Source: Candidatus Nomurabacteria bacterium
GTDB lineage: Bacteria > Patescibacteriota > Minisyncoccia > Phycocordibacterales > UBA9973
DNA: 40,387 nucleotides
NCBI GenBank assembly: GCA_027347985.1
Contig: DAIEQH010000002.1
Span: forward strand, 1 to 40,387
Direction of reading: 5' to 3'
Position numbers and translations under genes: made by a program. The notes below the pieces were generated by a model. It was not told the DNA's origin, did no database searches, and saw nothing but the letters and a program-made list of their open reading frames with translations. Below, piece by piece: positions 16,701 to 23,595 of the stretch. Position 1 is the stretch's first letter; each line of letters opens with the position of its first letter.

Positions 16701-16818
16701 ATTTATTGGGAGGACATAAAGCATCTACTAGTGGTAAAATTTCTTTTTCATATCTTTCTTCAAAAAGAGATGCCTCCTCTTCAATTTTATTTTCTTTTTT
16801 TACAGTTAATCCTTCCAT
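13789..16818 (-). CDS. Large (1009 aa) soluble K/E-rich protein of unknown function
   Basis: A long uninterrupted ORF with an ATG start. It is tightly packed between mreC (14-nt gap) and tgt (4-nt gap). I recognise no TM segment or catalytic motif. Confidence 0.6.
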   Translation of the reverse strand: MEGLTVKKENKIEEEASLFEERYEKEILPLVDALCPPNKSLKEFEEEIKNDLEESLKKIQVAQGKLIEHDENKNLEETKAILISRIKNVLEDEKRYRYKSKDQEKRPDAELVLRSKIALLLSGDLSDLEKYYKDGRNEFSIDKLEFDNLAHYLGFFYGDKKRKLNEKELDELVRAGFGKQLAKIPEHSFKDNLENVPESLVIEVIRNKNIGAFWLNDIIKTYSSQKKYSYEVSKELISRNAGYIVLDNVEKFEDSNINQLKFFVVNYKPDYPYHLEEILYTLTRLKCEEGIKKEIIDFAFKHQKIGSFEEISKFDGLDEYKEKGEEMKDLFGNTDWGRAPIESLSVDKIEKIKKYIEDGYITFLNNFYKYIGYFSKNDYVWFRDQLVKNNQENLYLDLLKPEDQWEYAQKLISQNNIPLLQGLFEKGWFSKNGLSKEIYQELFYFKNFSYEPESKKKEIIQLIEEAEVFTENESMVIFYVNKFKDLDNSNESTLKDRKIFFEEFEKNVSNLTKNKPISIEDNRIYIKVCQEVYPTRNYNTYTYINQYKDRSEDLDSYNFDKNGYQMRLSGVVGYKIKDGYNKDPELLSNYQNRIKDIENLAASNENLTDFISQNFPETESKTLEGKIIEYIRKNRNDSKSVDLLLAYQLHGNYDQFVRESVDRTDMYEKMEGKEYVMLSELSERYGDLMKETLKEIGKKVSNSEDKGLFVKDIGDEIKKGEKLSSKILNELSQVPEDKLATVTIQKKVAKSIINTFQQIPSIKNIAEAFAGSFTKENFSSFQEIFREKMKEIFQEVNNEVDIDIQQLETLRQKTYENIKSELDKYEEIKEIDENKKGEVKMSKERLIKGYFSKNRENAHARMVGDVCIAVNPKMLENKNYFEFVFFDEERKKCVGTTMLLKMEEPGDKKYLLYCPNPSVDLVSQVSAEKLYKLITKEIINFAKENKFDGILVDKRHGHSTNRSGLFQTSLEKSILHNAEGSDITFNLENKHELSAGYVYQEDLNAVWLP

Positions 16819-16832
16819 TTTGTTTAAAGTTA

Positions 16833-17624
16833 TTATTGTTCCACCTCCACAAATTTCAATTCTTGAATATTTACCGGGCTGGCAAGGAGCGCTTTTTGGA
16901 AAGCGTCACGAGGGTCAGAAAGAATATCTTGAACTATCGCGATAGTATAAGGAGTGAGTCCTGGCAAAGTGACTTCTGTTCCCTTTTCTAAAACAAAATC
17001 TCTCGGCATTATCATTTCAAAATTTCCTCCACCCCTACCGACTATTTGCATAAAAGTATCTTTACCTCCTATCACTACTTCTGTTTTTTCTCCAGGATTT
17101 GAATATAAAATAACTTTCGCAGTATTTGGGGAAACTTCAGCTATGCGTCCGACAGGAACAAACCCTCTCGCAAAAACTCTTTGCCCTAAAACTATTCCGC
17201 TCTTTGCTCCTATGTCTATGACTAAAGTATCGTATGGAGCCTGATTTGGTTTAGCCAAAATACTAGCTAGGATCATATTCGTTTTTTCATTTTTTCTTCC
17301 TAGAGTATCTTTCATTTTTTGATTTTCATCTAAAACAGAATTGTAATTACTCATTCTGGCTTCTTGTTCATTTAATTTATTTCTTAAGTCTTCGTTTTCT
17401 AAAGACAAAGCTCTTTTAGAATAAAAATATGCGCCAGTATTTGATAAACTTTCACCAATACTATTACCTACGACTAAAACAGGGCGAAAAATAATAGAAG
17501 ATACGTAAGACAGCCCATTAAAAACTGGGTTCTTAAAATAAAAAATAATTAATAGAAATACAACAAAAATTGAATATCTAAAAATTTTATTTCTTTTTAT
17601 CTTTTTATCTAGGAGGTAACTCAT
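16833..17624 (-). CDS. mreC: Rod shape-determining protein MreC
   Basis: It has an N-terminal TM, a coiled coil (LENEDLRNKLNEQEARM), and beta-rich MreC domains (VIDIGAKSGIVLGQRVF...VGRIAEVSPNTAKVIL). It overlaps the mreB 3' end by 20 nt. Confidence 0.8.
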   Translation of the reverse strand: MSYLLDKKIKRNKIFRYSIFVVFLLIIFYFKNPVFNGLSYVSSIIFRPVLVVGNSIGESLSNTGAYFYSKRALSLENEDLRNKLNEQEARMSNYNSVLDENQKMKDTLGRKNEKTNMILASILAKPNQAPYDTLVIDIGAKSGIVLGQRVFARGFVPVGRIAEVSPNTAKVILYSNPGEKTEVVIGGKDTFMQIVGRGGGNFEMIMPRDFVLEKGTEVTLPGLTPYTIAIVQDILSDPRDAFQKALLASPVNIQELKFVEVEQ

Positions 17625-18651
17625 CTTGATTCCTTATTAAGACTTCACTATAAAGAGGAATGTCATCTAAAATAACTCCTGTTCCCCGAGCAACAGCGGT
17701 AAGTGGATCATCTACTACATAGACAGGTATTTTAAGGACATTTTGTAAAAGCTCTCCTAGCCCCGGCAAAAGTGCGCCACCCCCAGAAAGAGTGATCCCC
17801 TTGTGCATCACGTCTGATAAAATTTCAGGAGGGGTTGTTTCCAAGACATCTTTCACTCCTTCTATAAGCTCTTTAATTGACGAAGAAAATGCTTCGCGAA
17901 TATCTGCATCGGTCACCACCACTTCACGAGGTAATCCTGTCAACAAATCACGTCCTCTCACTTCTGTCTCCATATATTCTCCCGGAAGAACGGAACCTAT
18001 AACAATCTTTACCATTTCTGCAGTAGTTTCTCCAATTAAAATTTTAAATTCATCTCGCATATAAGTGACAATATCATTATTAAATTTGTCACCTGCAACT
18101 TTTAAATTTTTTGATTTTACAATTCCTCCTAAAGAAATCACAGCAATATCTGTCGTCCCTCCGCCTATATCAATAATCATAGAGCCGACAGGATCTTTGA
18201 TAGGAAGCCTAACACCAATAGCTGCTGCCATAGGCTCCTCTACTAAATAGACTTCTCTTGCCCCAGCAGAACGAGCAGCATCATAAACAGCGCGCGTTTC
18301 TACGTTGGTCGTACCAGAAGGAACACCAACTAAAACTCTCGGCCGGATAAATTTTTTAGACATTTTGTCTGCTTTGTTTATCAAATAGGAAAGCATTTCT
18401 TCCGTCACTTCAAAATCTGAAATAACGCCATCGACAAGCGGACGGACAGCTTTGATGTGCCCCGGAGTGCGTCCCAACATTTCTTTTGCTTTTTCACCAA
18501 CAGCTAAAATTTGATTTGTTTTTATATTTACAGCGACAACAGACGGCTCATTAATCACAATGCCATGCCCTTTCAAATAGACTAGAGTATTTGATGTCCC
18601 TAAGTCTATACCTATGTCATTGGAAAATAATTTGTAAAATTTATCAAACAT
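17605..18651 (-). CDS. mreB: Rod shape-determining actin homologue MreB
   Basis: IGIDLGTSNTLVY, DIGGGTTDIAVISLGG and LSGGGALLPGL are canonical actin-fold/MreB motifs. Confidence 0.95.
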   Translation of the reverse strand: MFDKFYKLFSNDIGIDLGTSNTLVYLKGHGIVINEPSVVAVNIKTNQILAVGEKAKEMLGRTPGHIKAVRPLVDGVISDFEVTEEMLSYLINKADKMSKKFIRPRVLVGVPSGTTNVETRAVYDAARSAGAREVYLVEEPMAAAIGVRLPIKDPVGSMIIDIGGGTTDIAVISLGGIVKSKNLKVAGDKFNNDIVTYMRDEFKILIGETTAEMVKIVIGSVLPGEYMETEVRGRDLLTGLPREVVVTDADIREAFSSSIKELIEGVKDVLETTPPEILSDVMHKGITLSGGGALLPGLGELLQNVLKIPVYVVDDPLTAVARGTGVILDDIPLYSEVLIRNQDELPPR

Positions 18652-18662
18652 AAATAAAATAC

Positions 18663-18700
18663 AGGCTCTAGGCTCTAGGCTCTAGGCTCTAGGCTCTAGC
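18663..18700. repeat. Heptanucleotide tandem repeat (AGGCTCT, 5.4 copies)
   Basis: aggctct repeats five times and is followed by agc. The repeat spans the proS stop codon and the proS-mreB spacer, ending 11 nt before the mreB ATG. Confidence 0.95.
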
Positions 18701-19947
18701 TTAAAAATTTTTAATAAATCTTCCAAAGAAATAATTTTTCCTTTTTCTTCATTTCTCTTTTTTACTTCAATTCCTCCTTCTTTCATACTCCTAGAAGAAA
18801 CAACTAGACGATAAGGCATCCCCAAAAGATCTGCCTCCGCAAATTTCTCTCCCGGAGAGATGCTATCTCTGTCGTCGAAAAGTACCTCAATATTTTTTTT
18901 CATTAAAGTATCATAAATTTTATCTGCTTCTTTTTTAACACTTTCATCTTCTCCTAGCAAAAGAAGATGCACTTGAAATGGAGCGATAGATTCTGGCCAG
19001 ATTATACCCTTGTCGTCCGCCAGGGCTTCTACCACAGTGCCCATAAGCCTGCCTAGCCCAATACCATAACTACCCATTATTACAAGCTTATCTTGGCTTT
19101 TTTCGTCTTTATATTTCAAATCAAAAGGCTCTGAAAATTTGGTTCCCAAAGAGAAGATATTACCAACCTCTACAGCTCTTTTTTCAACTAATTTTTCTTT
19201 TTTAAGACCAAGCCCTTTTATTGTTTCATCATTGTAAACCTCTTTATTTATTGCAATACTAGAATCTTCATCTAAATAAATAGTGTCTTCCCCCACTGAA
19301 ATTACTGTTTGAAATTCATGAGAATATTTCGAAAAACTTCCACCAGAAGCAAAGGTCATATATGTTAAGTGTCCGATACCAGATCTTTTGAAAATATTTT
19401 GATAAGCTATTTTCATTTTTTCATAAAACTCATTGTGCTCATCTTCATTTCTAGAAAAAGAATAAAGAGCTTTCCAATAAAATTCTCTTCCTCTCATAAT
19501 TCCAGATTTGCTTCTAACTTCATTTCTAAAAATATCTTTGAAGTCATACGGATAAATTGGCAAATCTTTATAAGAAGAAACATACTGTTTCAAAATATTT
19601 GAATATGCTTCTTCATTGGTAAAAGATAAACCTACTTCTCCACCATTTTTTAGTTTTGTTTTGAACCAAGTGTCAACGATTGCATCGTCCCATCTGTTTG
19701 ACTTCTCCCAAATTTCTTTGTTTTGAAGCACTGCTGTTCTCATCTCCGTTCCGCCAACTGCATTCATTTCTTCGCGAATAATATTTTCTATTTTATTCAA
19801 AACACGTAAACCAAGGGGTAAATATGAATAAACCCCTGCCATCTCCTTATGAATAAAGCCCCCACGAATAAGAAGCTCGGCATTTTTTGACACTTCGTCT
19901 GTCGGAGCCTCTTTCTTGGTTTTAGTAAAAAGTTTAGATTGTCTCAT
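18682..19947 (-). CDS. proS: Prolyl-tRNA synthetase, short bacterial-type form without an INS editing domain
   Basis: The N-terminus is MRQSKLFTKTKKEAPTDEVSKNAELLIRGGFI...GVYSYLPLGLRVLNKIENIIREEM. Class II motifs and a C-terminal anticodon-binding domain are present. The last 6 codons lie in the heptamer repeat. Confidence 0.85.
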   Translation of the reverse strand: MRQSKLFTKTKKEAPTDEVSKNAELLIRGGFIHKEMAGVYSYLPLGLRVLNKIENIIREEMNAVGGTEMRTAVLQNKEIWEKSNRWDDAIVDTWFKTKLKNGGEVGLSFTNEEAYSNILKQYVSSYKDLPIYPYDFKDIFRNEVRSKSGIMRGREFYWKALYSFSRNEDEHNEFYEKMKIAYQNIFKRSGIGHLTYMTFASGGSFSKYSHEFQTVISVGEDTIYLDEDSSIAINKEVYNDETIKGLGLKKEKLVEKRAVEVGNIFSLGTKFSEPFDLKYKDEKSQDKLVIMGSYGIGLGRLMGTVVEALADDKGIIWPESIAPFQVHLLLLGEDESVKKEADKIYDTLMKKNIEVLFDDRDSISPGEKFAEADLLGMPYRLVVSSRSMKEGGIEVKKRNEEKGKIISLEDLLKIFKLEPRA

Positions 19948-19953
19948 AACCCC

Positions 19954-19982
19954 ATATTACCCGAAAAAAGTCTTTTTGGCAA
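19954..19982 (-). promoter_or_regulatory. proS promoter with leaderless geometry
   Basis: On the minus strand: TTGCCA (19977-19982), 17 bp, TAATAT (19954-19959), 6 nt, then ATG (19947). Confidence 0.6.
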
Positions 19983-20017
19983 AGTTATAAAAACTGCTCA
20001 TATTTATAAAGTACGGG

Positions 20018-20046
20018 TTGCAAACGGGCAACTATTCTGTTAATAT
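20018..20046 (+). promoter_or_regulatory. rpsB promoter with leaderless geometry
   Basis: TTGCAA (20018-20023), 17 bp, TAATAT (20041-20046), 6 nt, then ATG (20053). Confidence 0.6.
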
Positions 20047-20052
20047 AACCTT

Positions 20053-20802
20053 ATGCAAACTACGAACCTGAAGTCACAAAAAACTGATAATAGAAATGTG
20101 GGCCTTCCCACAAATGTAGAAAAAATGTTTGAAGTAGGAGCCCATTATGGCTACAGCAAAAGCAGAAGACACCCTTCTGTCTCTTCATATATATACGCTA
20201 CCAAGAACAATGGAGATATTATAGACCTTGAAAAAACAAGCGTTTTACTAGAAGATGCCATTTTATTTATTAAAAATTTGGGTGCTCAAAACAAGACTAT
20301 TCTTTTCGTTGGTACAAAACCTGAAGCAAGAGAAGTGATCAAAAACGCAGCTCTTTCTCTCAATATGCCATATGTCAACATCCGTTGGATTGGGGGCACT
20401 CTTTCTAACTTCACAGAAATAAAAAAGAGAATTGCAGAATTAGAAAAATACAATAAAGAAAGTATTGATGGCGGACTTGAAAAATATACCAAGAAAGAAA
20501 GAGTCGTCATGGCTAAAAAAATGGAAAAGCTTTCCAAATATTACAGTGGGTTGCTTGGTCTTAAAAAAGCCCCTGATGCTCTATTCATCATTGATTCCAA
20601 GGCGGAACACATAGGAGCTACTGAAGCTAGAAAGTCAGGTGTCCCTACTGTCGCATTAACAAACTCTGATTCAAATATTAAAGGTATTGATTATCCTATT
20701 GTTGCCAATGATTCTGGTATTCCTTCTATCAAATTCTTCACGACTGCTATTTCTAATGCTTATAAAGCAGGACAAATGTCTGTGCCTAATAAAGAAAAAT
20801 AA
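20053..20802 (+). CDS. rpsB: 30S ribosomal protein S2
   Basis: GAHYGYSKSRRHPSVSSYIY...GDIIDLEKT and the rest of the protein are S2-like. The gene is followed by tsf. Confidence 0.95.
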   Translation: MQTTNLKSQKTDNRNVGLPTNVEKMFEVGAHYGYSKSRRHPSVSSYIYATKNNGDIIDLEKTSVLLEDAILFIKNLGAQNKTILFVGTKPEAREVIKNAALSLNMPYVNIRWIGGTLSNFTEIKKRIAELEKYNKESIDGGLEKYTKKERVVMAKKMEKLSKYYSGLLGLKKAPDALFIIDSKAEHIGATEARKSGVPTVALTNSDSNIKGIDYPIVANDSGIPSIKFFTTAISNAYKAGQMSVPNKEK

Positions 20803-20806
20803 AACT

Positions 20807-21586
20807 ATGTCTATAGAAATAACTACTAAGCTGATAAAAGAACTTAGAGACGCAACGGGCGTTTCTGTGATGCAGTGTAAAAATGCATTAGAAGAAGCGG
20901 GTGGAGATATGACTAAAGCTCTCGCTATCTTAAAAAAGACAAGTTCTGATATTGCACTTAAAAAAGCGGGACGTAATGCTAAAGATGGTAGCGTTGCTAT
21001 CAAAGAAGAAAAAGGACGATCTTTATTGATTGCTCTACATTGTGAGACTGATTTCGTGTCTAAAAATGAGGATTTTGTTGCTTTACTTTCCAAGTTAGGA
21101 GATTTAGCTTTAAAAGATGGTGTAGAAAAAATGAAGATGGAAGCAAGTGATTTAATCAACCCTATCATCCAGAAAACTGGAGAGAAGATAGAGCTTGGTG
21201 AAGTGTACGAAGTAAAGGGAGATGTTTTGGGTAATTATGTACACAATAATAAAGTCGGAGTAGTTGTTTCTCTAGAAGATGGCAATCCTGAAGTTGCCCG
21301 AGATATTGCTATGCATATTACAGCCATGAAACCTGAATATATAAGAAGAGAAGATATCACAGAAGAAGTAAAGAACACAATCAATGAAATTTTCCAAAAA
21401 GAAGTCGCTACCATAGACAAACCTGAAGAAATCAAGAAAAAGATGTTAGAAGGTAAAATAGCAACTTATTTCAAAGAAAAAACATTGCTTGACCAAATAT
21501 TCATTAAGGATGGCAATCTGACTATTTCTCAATTACTAGAGAAAAACAAAGCAAAGATAAAAGAAGTAAAGCGTTATTCAATTTAA
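20807..21586 (+). CDS. tsf: Translation elongation factor Ts
   Basis: It starts at ATG 20807 with MSIEITTKLIKELRDATGVSVMQCKNALEEAGGDMTKA (UBA-like N-terminus). The ORF-track start at 20687 overlaps rpsB and is rejected. Confidence 0.9.
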   Translation: MSIEITTKLIKELRDATGVSVMQCKNALEEAGGDMTKALAILKKTSSDIALKKAGRNAKDGSVAIKEEKGRSLLIALHCETDFVSKNEDFVALLSKLGDLALKDGVEKMKMEASDLINPIIQKTGEKIELGEVYEVKGDVLGNYVHNNKVGVVVSLEDGNPEVARDIAMHITAMKPEYIRREDITEEVKNTINEIFQKEVATIDKPEEIKKKMLEGKIATYFKEKTLLDQIFIKDGNLTISQLLEKNKAKIKEVKRYSI

Positions 21587-21589
21587 ATT

Positions 21590-22000
21590 ATGTTACCTTT
21601 CATTTTATTTTTCCTGTCACTCACTGGTATCGTCATGATGATATGGCGTGAAATGATACTTGTTAAAAATGGACAGGTTGCGACAGTAAAACATTCACAT
21701 CCTTTTGTAGGAGATCTGCAAAAGATAAAGCACATAACATTTAAAAATAGCAAAAAGTTTGGTTATACGACCGTCTTTGTAACACTTAGATTCTTTATCA
21801 AGTCTTCTAATTTCATAAAAACTAGAAGCATAATGCTTGCAAAAGAAATAAAAAATGTGTTCAAAAAGAAAAATGGAATATTGATAGAAGAAAAAGAAGA
21901 AAAAAAAGAACCTTCAAAGTACCTAAAAGTCATTTCAGAATATAGGGAGAAAATAAGAGAGATAAAAGACAGAATAAAAGAAGAAGAAGGAATAAAATAA
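21590..22000 (+). CDS. Small membrane-anchored K/E-rich protein, unknown function
   Basis: 136 aa with one N-terminal TM helix. It starts 3 nt after the tsf stop. Confidence 0.5.
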   Translation: MLPFILFFLSLTGIVMMIWREMILVKNGQVATVKHSHPFVGDLQKIKHITFKNSKKFGYTTVFVTLRFFIKSSNFIKTRSIMLAKEIKNVFKKKNGILIEEKEEKKEPSKYLKVISEYREKIREIKDRIKEEEGIK

Positions 22001-22021
22001 GTGTGTTAGAATTAAATAGTT

Positions 22022-22097
22022 GCCGGCATAGCTCAGTTGGTAGAGCACTTCTTTTGTAAAGAAGATGTCCGGGGTTCGATCCCTCGTGCCGGCTCCA
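22022..22097 (+). tRNA. tRNA-Thr (anticodon UGU), CCA encoded
   Basis: GCCGGCA UA GCUC AGUUGGUA GAGC A CUUCU UUUGUAA AGAAG AUGUC CGGGG UUCGAUC CCUCG UGCCGGC U CCA. Confidence 0.9.
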
Positions 22098-22117
22098 GAA
22101 ATTAAAAATCTCAAAAA

Positions 22118-22143
22118 CACATATACACCATGGTTGATATGTG
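22118..22143 (-). terminator. Intrinsic terminator after the copper cluster
   Basis: On the minus strand, CACATAT-12 nt-ATATGTG is followed by TTTTTGAGATTTTT. Confidence 0.55.
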
Positions 22144-22146
22144 TGA

Positions 22147-22539
22147 TTAGTTAAAATTGATTACAAAGTTATACATCCCCATAGCACAGATACCTTGAAG
22201 CTTCGCACCAGCCTTCTGTGGAGGTACATCAATTGAAGTCTCTCCTGTTAAAGGAAGATTGTTGCGATAACTCAAACTCGGTATTGCGAGAGAGGAAGAG
22301 CAATCAAAACTACCATTAGTCTCCATTTTTATTACTGTCGGTATATCTGCTTTTGCGTTCGTTGTTCTAGGTGAATACCCGCCCTTAGCACTGATTGTAA
22401 TGATTTGTTTGCCATTAATAATACTTATATTATTACCTCCATCCCCTGCTTCATTTTTATTATTCGTAAAAATAAATACTCCTGCTATCAAAATGACAAC
22501 AAAAATTATTGAGAGATAAATTGATTTGTTTTTTTCCAT
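22147..22539 (-). CDS. Cupredoxin-like domain protein, membrane-anchored
   Basis: An N-terminal TM is followed by a ~90-aa beta-rich domain ending in GICAMGMYNFVINF (a C-x-M-G-M type motif). It is the last gene of the copper cluster. Confidence 0.55.
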   Translation of the reverse strand: MEKNKSIYLSIIFVVILIAGVFIFTNNKNEAGDGGNNISIINGKQIITISAKGGYSPRTTNAKADIPTVIKMETNGSFDCSSSLAIPSLSYRNNLPLTGETSIDVPPQKAGAKLQGICAMGMYNFVINFN

Positions 22540-22542
22540 AGT

Positions 22543-23592
22543 TTAAAAATTAAAAATTGGTGGAAGGATCCCCGCGCCGACTAGGGCGTTGATTAAATTA
22601 AAGAGCCCGAAGAATATCACGACTAGACCAGCTGTTTTGAAGAATATTCCAGATTGTGCTTTTTTATGAATACCAAGAGAGCTGAAAGAGAGAAGCGAGA
22701 GCACTGGAAGTGTGCCGAGTGCAAAGGCAAACATTATTAAAGAGCCAGTAATAAAGCTACCAGTCGTCAGAGAATAAATTTGCATAGATTGAGTGAAGCC
22801 ACAAGGCAAAAAGAAGGTAGCGACACCAACCAAAAGCGGAGTAAGCGTATGATTAATATTTTTCAAACCGTGAGCATATTTACCAACAAAATTTGGCATA
22901 GTCGGTTGAAGTTTTTTAGCCCATGGGAAAATATCCAAAAGGTTTATACCTAAAATAAGCAAAACGAGAGCAATAATTAAACTCAAAATAAATGTGCCTA
23001 CCGTCCCAAGTTGAAAAGCAGAACCAAGTGCTCCTATCACTCCTCCTAAAATAAAAAATGAAACCAGCCTTCCGACATGGAATAATACTTGTGGTTTGAT
23101 ACTGTCTCCTTCTTTAGAGAAATTAGCAGACATAGATAATACAAGTCCACCGACAACAGCCATACAAGTAGAAACTGAAGCAATGAGTCCAACGACAAAA
23201 GCTGTGCCAAAACTAACTTTTGATGCATTTACCAAGTTTACAATGCCAAGTTTTTGTAAAAGAATAAAAAAAGTGATAAAGCCTAAAGCGACAGGTATAG
23301 CAACGTTAAAATCGGACCAATTGATTTTTTTCTCTTCTTTTTCAAGGGATAAAGCATAGCCGTGAGGTTTTAAAACTGTAGACAAATATTCAGCCACAGC
23401 TTCTGGTGTATCTCCTCCGCCAGAGGCGGATCCGCCTATGGCGGAAAAATCACCTGTCACTTCTACACTAAAATTTTTCAGCGACGCTTTTACCTTTGAT
23501 ACTCCAAAAACTTCCGAAAGCTCACTTTCAGTCAACACCACACAAGCATTGCAATGCATTCCGTTTACGTTAAATGTATATGTTTTTTGCAT
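22543..23592 (-). CDS. HMA-domain protein fused to a polytopic DsbD_2/TauE-like membrane domain
   Basis: The N-terminus is MQKTYTFNVNGMHCNACV (MxCxxC heavy-metal-associated fold). About 7 TM helices follow, carrying conserved Cys residues (STCMAV, FFLPCGF). Confidence 0.65.
   Translation of the reverse strand: MQKTYTFNVNGMHCNACVVLTESELSEVFGVSKVKASLKNFSVEVTGDFSAIGGSASGGGDTPEAVAEYLSTVLKPHGYALSLEKEEKKINWSDFNVAIPVALGFITFFILLQKLGIVNLVNASKVSFGTAFVVGLIASVSTCMAVVGGLVLSMSANFSKEGDSIKPQVLFHVGRLVSFFILGGVIGALGSAFQLGTVGTFILSLIIALVLLILGINLLDIFPWAKKLQPTMPNFVGKYAHGLKNINHTLTPLLVGVATFFLPCGFTQSMQIYSLTTGSFITGSLIMFAFALGTLPVLSLLSFSSLGIHKKAQSGIFFKTAGLVVIFFGLFNLINALVGAGILPPIFNF
23416..23445. repeat. Two tandem 15-bp GC-rich hairpin units inside a coding linker
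   Basis: TCCGCC-aga-GGCGGA followed by TCCGCC-tat-GGCGGA. The centre forms the palindrome GGCGGATCCGCC. It encodes GGSASGGG between the HMA and membrane domains. Confidence 0.85.
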
Positions 23593-23595
23593 AAA

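Noticed and set aside
18663-18700. CRISPR-like array
   Set aside because: These are 7-bp units with no spacers, so it is a simple microsatellite. No CRISPR repeats or cas genes occur anywhere in the window.
20687-20806. Upstream extension of tsf, and the 165-aa antisense ORF 20671-21168
   Set aside because: The extension overlaps the rpsB 3' end in another frame and is hydrophobic nonsense. EF-Ts begins cleanly at ATG 20807. The antisense ORF is a shadow of tsf.
21935-22120. 61-aa minus-strand ORF covering tRNA-Thr
   Set aside because: It is antisense to a well-folded tRNA gene and to the 3' end of the preceding CDS, so it is a chance ORF.
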